The translations under genes were made by a program, and so were the position numbers. A stretch of 64,000 nt of DNA, taken from contig JBAZYF010000001.1 of assembly GCA_041659505.1 (NCBI GenBank), positions 321,719-385,718 of the forward strand. Reading direction: 5' to 3'. Numbering within the stretch: the stretch's first letter is position 1; every line of letters begins with the position of its first letter. Below, one piece after another: positions 58,144-64,000 of the stretch. The notes beneath the pieces are model-generated. The model saw only the letters and a list, made by a program, of their open reading frames with translations, made no database searches and had not been told where the DNA came from. Source of the stretch: Parcubacteria group bacterium (GTDB taxonomy: Bacteria > Patescibacteriota > Minisyncoccia > Moranbacterales > UBA2206).

Positions 58144-59967
58144 TTACCATCCTCCCCCACCACCGCCTCCTCCGCCACCGCCTGAACCGCCGCCACCGCC
58201 AGCACCTGAGCCGGAAGAAGTATTGGCGGCCATTGCCGAAGACAAGCTGTCGATCTGCGATGAAAAACTATCCGCGTCAAAGGATGCAAGACTGCTACCA
58301 ACAAACCAACCAGGGTGATAGGAATTGAAATAATCTTCGCCATAGATTTCTTTCATTTTCTTAATCCAGAGTTTCGTCATTCCAAACATAATCGCGTAGG
58401 GTAAAAGTTTTTCAAAAATATTTTCTTTCTCATAAAATTGGTCACGGTACTTTTCTGCCGTTTCCATGTAGAGCTTGAAACCTTGCGTTTTCCAAAAAAC
58501 TTCAGCCCCAGAAGATGTTCTTTTGGGCATCAAAAAGGCGAAAATAAAGAGAATAATCGTAGTGAAGATCATTGCCGGCAAACTCAGAAAGGAATAAGCC
58601 GCAAGGATAAATGTCAAAAACACAAAAGCAACACCTAAAATCAAAAAGGCGACTTGGAAACTCAAGCCAGCAACTTCGATAAACTTTTTCTCCTCCAAGT
58701 TTTTTATGGTTTCTTTTTTAATCTTCGATATGCTTTGGTAAAACTTATTGCGAAGCGACGAAAGCATCACTTCGTCTTTCCCTGAAAATACACCTTCGAT
58801 CAAAACTTGCTCCGGCTGGGAAAGTTCGGCTATTCTTGCCTGATCAATTATTTTCAATCGAAAATCTTTGCCGATATGCAAAAAATTCAAGGTCTTTTCT
58901 ATGAAACTTTTTTGCTTGTCTGAAAATTCAGAGACCACTTCCTTAGCGGGACCATCCGGCACAGAATCAAGTCCTTCGGTCTCCTCGATCTGGATAATTT
59001 TTTTGACTGCCAGATTGATGATTGCGGCGGTGATATATTCATTCTTTAATGTTCCATTGAAAAAAAGCGTCCCCAATTCCAATGGAGAAAGCTTTTCCGG
59101 CACATCAAACTCAGTGATGATTGTTTTGTCCATTCTGGGATCTTTGCCATATTTATTCCAAAGGCCGAAGCAAATTGCAAAAGCGACAAGCGGAATGATA
59201 AACCAAAGATAAAAAGCATACTTTTCAATAAACGTCGGGGCATAGGGCGTGAAAATATTTTTCGAGAAAGTGATTGAGGCCGTGATTCCTTCGCCAATAC
59301 CAAGCATGCCAGTTGACTGGAATTGCAAGATATTATCGCTGATCCAAGAATAATTGGCACCAGCCTGGCTTTTACTGCCAATACTGCCGGTATAATAATC
59401 CACTTTAGTATTATTTTTTGTGACTTCAGCAGGAAAAACTATTGTGCCAGTAAAGTTGTCTGTTTCAATGTCCCAAAAATTACCGTTCAAGTTCCAATAA
59501 AGCTCGTCAAAAGCAGGATTATCAAAAAGGATGGTATTTTTTATTTTATAGGTTATGAGATAATTATTCACTCCGGTCACGGTCCGATCAGGATCACCAA
59601 TCTTCCACGTCACCGTATTATTCGAATAGTTTTTTTGCGTGGAATATTGCAAGCTTTTTCCAGCAAAATCCGTGATACTCACAAGTTCGACCGGCATCGA
59701 GATTGTTTCGTCCGTCGTACGAAAAACAGTCGGCAAAGTGCGGAAAATTCCGTGTTTGCCGGAAGCCATCCCACAATCAGCTGTGATTCTCTCTGCGATG
59801 AGTAATGTTGAATCTTTGTTGACTAAAATTTCTGATTGAAAATCTTTGATATACCAATCAGTGACATTGGTCCGCGCAGTAACAGCAGCTCGCGCGTCGA
59901 CTCCAAAAAGCGAGAATGCCAATCCAGCTACAATCAAAACAAAAAAGTATTTTCTCATATAATTCAT
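58144..59967 (-). CDS. DUF2207-family membrane protein with a C-terminal poly-Gly tail
   Basis: Signal peptide, large extracytoplasmic N-domain, TM helices and a C-terminal run of glycines. Confidence 0.6.
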   Translation of the reverse strand: MNYMRKYFFVLIVAGLAFSLFGVDARAAVTARTNVTDWYIKDFQSEILVNKDSTLLIAERITADCGMASGKHGIFRTLPTVFRTTDETISMPVELVSITDFAGKSLQYSTQKNYSNNTVTWKIGDPDRTVTGVNNYLITYKIKNTILFDNPAFDELYWNLNGNFWDIETDNFTGTIVFPAEVTKNNTKVDYYTGSIGSKSQAGANYSWISDNILQFQSTGMLGIGEGITASITFSKNIFTPYAPTFIEKYAFYLWFIIPLVAFAICFGLWNKYGKDPRMDKTIITEFDVPEKLSPLELGTLFFNGTLKNEYITAAIINLAVKKIIQIEETEGLDSVPDGPAKEVVSEFSDKQKSFIEKTLNFLHIGKDFRLKIIDQARIAELSQPEQVLIEGVFSGKDEVMLSSLRNKFYQSISKIKKETIKNLEEKKFIEVAGLSFQVAFLILGVAFVFLTFILAAYSFLSLPAMIFTTIILFIFAFLMPKRTSSGAEVFWKTQGFKLYMETAEKYRDQFYEKENIFEKLLPYAIMFGMTKLWIKKMKEIYGEDYFNSYHPGWFVGSSLASFDADSFSSQIDSLSSAMAANTSSGSGAGGGGGSGGGGGGGGGGGW

Positions 59968-60070
59968 TTTATTTTTAATAGCTCAATCTTAACATACAAA
60001 TGGCTTTTTAAAAAAATAAAGGGGTGTGGGTTATAAAATTAAAACTCACACCCCACCTGAAATGAACGTA

Positions 60071-60472
60071 TCAACCATAGGCCACCTCTTTTTTAGAAAG
60101 AAGAGGCCAAGCACACTGAGTTATGCGATCTTCTTCATCCAACTTATATGCGCCACATCTTTCCGCCACCTTTGTCGGCTTAAGTATCACCCTATTGATC
60201 AACCGGCACACATTGCCACAGACACCTGCGCCCACAAAGAAGCTCCTGACACAATTACTACAACTTCTTGTTATTAAAGCTACCTCCTTTTTGCATTCAT
60301 CACAAAGCATCGTAGTTGTAAATTCATCCGTTTGATCGAACAGACACCGACACTTCATGATGCAGTTATCATCACAAAACATCAGCATTCTGACTCTGCA
60401 TCCGATCGACGACTTACATCTATAGCATCCGAAATACTCATCATTAACATTAAGCCTTGCACTTTCTCTCAT
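60071..60472 (-). CDS. Cysteine-rich small protein (133 aa, about 20 Cys)
   Basis: ORF with an AAGGAG RBS 6 nt upstream. CxxC, CxxxC and CxC clusters, no signal peptide. Confidence 0.45.
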   Translation of the reverse strand: MRESARLNVNDEYFGCYRCKSSIGCRVRMLMFCDDNCIMKCRCLFDQTDEFTTTMLCDECKKEVALITRSCSNCVRSFFVGAGVCGNVCRLINRVILKPTKVAERCGAYKLDEEDRITQCAWPLLSKKEVAYG

Positions 60473-60484
60473 ATCTTCTCCTTT

Positions 60485-60682
60485 CTAAGCATGCCCATCT
60501 ATGCGATGATAGCAGGGGTTTTTACATGCTTCGTGAAATTCGGTTAATATTATTTCCGGGGTAGTTTTATCCCAGATGCAATTAAGCAGGAAACAACGCC
60601 CTTCGCACCATCTGTTTAGAATAAAAACACAGCCGACATTTTTGCCACATACTGGACAAACAAAAAGTACGGTTGAAGACAT
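60485..60682 (-). CDS. Cysteine-rich small protein (65 aa)
   Basis: AGGAGG RBS upstream. CPVCG...C...C...C...C pattern. Confidence 0.4.
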   Translation of the reverse strand: MSSTVLFVCPVCGKNVGCVFILNRWCEGRCFLLNCIWDKTTPEIILTEFHEACKNPCYHRIDGHA

Positions 60683-60756
60683 AAAATCAATCCTCCTTTT
60701 TTTCTTTTTTTATGCCAAAGCTATTACACCTTTGGGCATAATCCAAATCTCTATTT

Positions 60757-61080
60757 TTAGGAAATACCGAACAACCACCAACTTCCTTTGCACTTAAGAC
60801 AACTTTTTTCCTCAGGAGATGTGTCTGTGACTAAATCGACGACTTCATCGATTTTTTGACATGAAGTATTTCCCTTGCTCGTCGCAATTTCCACATATCC
60901 CCAAGAAAAAACGCCAGGATCTCCCTTCGCTCGTGCCTTAGTACATTTTGGATTTTTATCGTTATCCAGAATTGTCGGAATTTCTGGATACAGCGGACAA
61001 TCTCCTGCCAGCGACCTTTTTTCCAGAGAGCAACGACTTCCTCTGAAAATTCCACATTCTCCACAGCAGATATCATTCAT
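60757..61080 (-). CDS. Cysteine-rich small protein (107 aa)
   Basis: AAGGAG RBS upstream. N-terminal CCGECG...C...C, a central CTK and a C-terminal CLKCKG. Confidence 0.45.
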   Translation of the reverse strand: MNDICCGECGIFRGSRCSLEKRSLAGDCPLYPEIPTILDNDKNPKCTKARAKGDPGVFSWGYVEIATSKGNTSCQKIDEVVDLVTDTSPEEKSCLKCKGSWWLFGIS

Positions 61081-61409
61081 AATTCTTACTCCTTTAGCTA
61101 GAATTAAGAAAATACAAATACCACAAATTGTTAAAGAAACAAAAAACCGGTTCCCTCCTAGGACCGGCTTTGGTTTTTGTAAAATGATTTTTCTCTATGC
61201 GCTAATCTTCATTTCTCAAAAACCAAAGCCGGCCGGTGGTAATCCCGGACATATTATTATTGACTCGCTTGGTTGTTTGATAAATACTGTGCATGCGATA
61301 AATATAGCAAACGGTCAAATTCTGTCAATAGTCGCTACGTTCTGTCAAAGCCTTCCCTATTTCGGAGTATTGCGATATAATAGGAAAGTAATTTTTAAAC
61401 TTAAATTTA

Positions 61410-62591
61410 ATGGGAAGTAAGAAAAAAACTATCGCGATTATTGTTGTAATAATACTGATTGCGGGTGGTGGTTATTGGTTTTTCAAAAACCAAAATCAGC
61501 AGGCAGCGAAAAAACAAATTGATCTTAACCCTAAAAAGGCCGCACAAACTGGTCCGCTCAATAGTGAAAACGTCAGCCCGATTTCCGGATTGGCTTGTGA
61601 GAATTGGAAAAATCGTTCCGTAGCAGTTATGCAACCAGCTGATGTGCTCGCGAGACCAGCCGCCGGATTTTCACAGGCTGACATGGTAATTGAAATGCCC
61701 GCCTACACTTCTTCTGTGACACGCCTGATGGGAGTCTATCTTTGCGACATTCCAAAAGAAATTGGCGCAATTAGAAGTGCCCGCCATGACTACATCGCCC
61801 TTGCCAAGGGACTTGATTCCGTGTATATCAATTGGGGTGGTTCGCATTTCGCGCTAGATCTTTTGAAAGACAAAACACTGATTGATAACATTGATTGCTT
61901 AGTTTATTCTGGAAAATATTGCGATCGTTGGGATTGGAAAAATGACCCCAAGATGCGGATGGAAGACTCCGGCCACGTCAAAGCGGAAAAAGTACAGCAA
62001 GCCATGACTGACTTGGGCTATCGGACGGAAAATAAATTTGTCGGCTATCCCCATCAAGCGGAAACTCCGCTCGAAGACCGGCCCAGTGGCGGACATCTGC
62101 GTGTCGCCTTTGCCAATCCCTACGATGCTACCTACGACTACGACAAAGCCACCAATTCCTATCTGCGCACCTGGGATGAAACAGCCGACACAGACCGAAA
62201 CAACGGCCAAAGATTGGCACCAAAAAATGTCGTCGTAATTTTTGCTAAATCGGAACAAATCACCAATACCCAAGATTATGTCGGCCAAGGCTTGCAAGAT
62301 CCATGGAAGAATGTCGAAGAAATCAAAAAAACCGGCGTCGAAAGCATCAGTGGGCGCTATAATAATGTGGAAATTGGCGACCCGTGGTACGATGCAACAG
62401 ACTCTGGCGAAGCGCACTATTATATGAATGGAAAAGAAATGACCGGCACTTGGAAAAAAGACCGTTCCAGCCTAGACAGCAAGCTCTTTTTCTATGACCA
62501 GAGCGGACAAGAGATTCAGTTCGTGCCCGGACAGATCTGGCTGGAAATCTTGGAGCCTGGACAAAATCTAAAATGGACTCCAGCAGAATAA
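61410..62591 (+). CDS. DUF3048-family (YerB-like) exported protein
   Basis: N-terminal TM/signal and a conserved ISGLACENWKNRSVAVMQPADVLARPAAGFSQADMVIEMP block. Confidence 0.55.
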   Translation: MGSKKKTIAIIVVIILIAGGGYWFFKNQNQQAAKKQIDLNPKKAAQTGPLNSENVSPISGLACENWKNRSVAVMQPADVLARPAAGFSQADMVIEMPAYTSSVTRLMGVYLCDIPKEIGAIRSARHDYIALAKGLDSVYINWGGSHFALDLLKDKTLIDNIDCLVYSGKYCDRWDWKNDPKMRMEDSGHVKAEKVQQAMTDLGYRTENKFVGYPHQAETPLEDRPSGGHLRVAFANPYDATYDYDKATNSYLRTWDETADTDRNNGQRLAPKNVVVIFAKSEQITNTQDYVGQGLQDPWKNVEEIKKTGVESISGRYNNVEIGDPWYDATDSGEAHYYMNGKEMTGTWKKDRSSLDSKLFFYDQSGQEIQFVPGQIWLEILEPGQNLKWTPAE

Positions 62592-62608
62592 TTTAGTGAA
62601 AAATATCG

Positions 62609-63583
62609 ATGATTATTTTTTTCTACGGCGATGACGCTTTCCGGTCAAGTGAAAAAGTACTGGAAATAAAAAATAAGTTTTCTCTCAATGACAAATCCAA
62701 CGCGGGTTTGTCTTTGTTTGATGCGACTGATTCAAAAACCGGCGCACTGGAAAAAATGCGCTCCGCCCTTTCAGCTTCCGGACTGTTCTCCACCAAAAAA
62801 TTATTCATCGCCAAAAATATCATCACGGAAACTCCAACTGACGAACAGGCCAAGCTCCTGAAATTTCTGAAAGACAATATTGAAAAAATAAAACTCGACG
62901 CTGACGCGGTCGTGATCTTTTGGGAAAAAGGCAGCCCGCGAAAAAACAATGCACTGTTCAAATTTCTCCTGGAGAATGCTAAGAAACAAAATTTTGAAAA
63001 ACTCACAGGACTAAAGTTAAGCCAATGGATTTTGGCAAAAATTAAAGAGGCCTCTCTAGAAGCCTCTATTTCAAAATCCGCTTTGGAAAAACTGATCACC
63101 TATGTCGGCAATGACACAGCTCTGCTGACGCAGGAAATTGAAAAATTAATCGACTATTCTGAGACGGAGTTGATCAGTGACGCGACGGTTGATCTTTTAG
63201 TCAAAGCCGAAATGGATAATAATATTTTCGAAACAATCGAAGCGATGTCCGCCAATAGAAAGCCCAAAGCACTGGAACTGTTCCATCGCCATCTCGACCA
63301 GGGCGACGATCCGTTCTATCTTTTTTCGATGCTTGTCTACCAATTTAGAAATCTTTTGCGCATTGCTTCGCTCCAAGAAAATGGAATTTTTAGCGAATTT
63401 GAAATCGCAAAACAATCCAAGCTCCATCCCTATGTGGTGAAAAAAAGCATGAATCAGGCCAGAAATTTCGGCGAAAAAAAACTGATTGCCATCCACAAAA
63501 AACTCGGCGCACTCGACGCAAAAATCAAAACCGGCCAAGCCGATATCAAATTGTCTTTGGATAAATTTATTGTGGAATTATAA
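62609..63583 (+). CDS. holA: DNA polymerase III delta subunit
   Basis: MIIFFYGDDAFRSSEKVLEIKNKF N-terminus and overall delta-subunit architecture (~320 aa). Confidence 0.7.
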   Translation: MIIFFYGDDAFRSSEKVLEIKNKFSLNDKSNAGLSLFDATDSKTGALEKMRSALSASGLFSTKKLFIAKNIITETPTDEQAKLLKFLKDNIEKIKLDADAVVIFWEKGSPRKNNALFKFLLENAKKQNFEKLTGLKLSQWILAKIKEASLEASISKSALEKLITYVGNDTALLTQEIEKLIDYSETELISDATVDLLVKAEMDNNIFETIEAMSANRKPKALELFHRHLDQGDDPFYLFSMLVYQFRNLLRIASLQENGIFSEFEIAKQSKLHPYVVKKSMNQARNFGEKKLIAIHKKLGALDAKIKTGQADIKLSLDKFIVEL

Positions 63584-63638
63584 ATAAATTTATCCCTGCC
63601 ACTAAAGAAAACCTTGCTAAAAAAATGTCTAGCATTAG

Positions 63639-63810
63639 GTGTCATTCCCGCGGAGGCGGGAATCCAGGTTCCACTAATTATAAAAGTTTTAGAAAGTCGA
63701 GCTGCAAGTGCAATAAACTTTCTATTTAGGCAAGTCTTGAATTTTAATAATTCGTTTTTCTTTATTTTTAACTTGAGGTGACTGGATTCTCGCCTCCGCG
63801 GGAATGACAC
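63639..63810. repeat. Terminal-inverted-repeat element, family C, copy 3
   Basis: 172 bp with the same termini and conserved interior. Confidence 0.65.
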
Positions 63811-64000
63811 AATAAAAAAAACGGCAGTTTATAGACTTGCCGCAAGTCTTCGATGACGATAGAATCATTTAAAAAAAGATTCTACCGCCCTCAATGATCC
63901 CTCGAACCGCAGGAAGTATTGGTGGCAATAACCGCCACACGTCCCGCGACAATTCGGGGGCATGAAATAGTCGTAATAAATTCTATGCAACAGTACCTCC

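Noticed and set aside
60875-61420. 181-aa plus-strand ORF, and 60026-60797 plus-strand ORFs
   Set aside because: They are antisense to three RBS-bearing Cys-rich genes and overlap the structured leader. They have no RBS and a low-complexity composition.
63835-64000. Possible minus-strand feature at the window edge: an open frame ending ...PPNCRGTCGGYCHQYFLRFEGSLRAVESFFK with a stop near 63865 and a GACTTGC-CG-GCAAGTC hairpin plus T-run at about 63822-63860
   Set aside because: It is too short and truncated to assign. It could be the C-terminus of a gene beyond the window or a small RNA 3' end. It did not match 5S, tmRNA, RNase P or SRP patterns I know.

Overview
This 64 kb window looks like a low-GC bacterial segment with the gene-content style of Candidate Phyla Radiation (Patescibacteria) genomes; that lineage call is an inference. 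Supporting features are small, mostly minus-strand genes, three TrmB-family regulators, a FemAB glycyltransferase and a 2675-aa surface protein made of Kelch-type propeller and FN3 repeats. Housekeeping genes recognised: pyruvate kinase, msrA/msrB, htpX, a Mur ligase, ruvA, polA, fpg/mutM, holA, an ECF sigma factor with a membrane partner, a two-component pair, two ABC transporter sets (one GldA/F/G-like) and five tRNAs in two clusters. Accessory content is concentrated next to the tRNAs. Positions 1-5100 hold an AT-rich island: a RhuM-family gene, an overlapping gene pair (predicted PD-(D/E)xK nuclease plus an 895-aa unknown protein), a truncated MmeI-family restriction-enzyme N-terminal fragment and an AbrB/MazE-like DNA-binding gene. 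A candidate HEPN-motif protein with an unknown 326-aa partner abuts tRNA-Cys. The window also carries several small repeat families: two upstream structured elements (one with covarying closing stems), a 172-bp element with 30-bp perfect terminal inverted repeats in three copies, GC-rich double-hairpin elements, a 32-bp tandem array and a GAAATT-type microsatellite. Repeat-derived segments sit in frame inside pyk, femAB and fpg. Other notable points are a degenerate copy of the polA 3' end downstream of a beta-helix protein gene, and a trio of cysteine-rich small proteins behind a structured leader. No CRISPR array or rRNA was seen.
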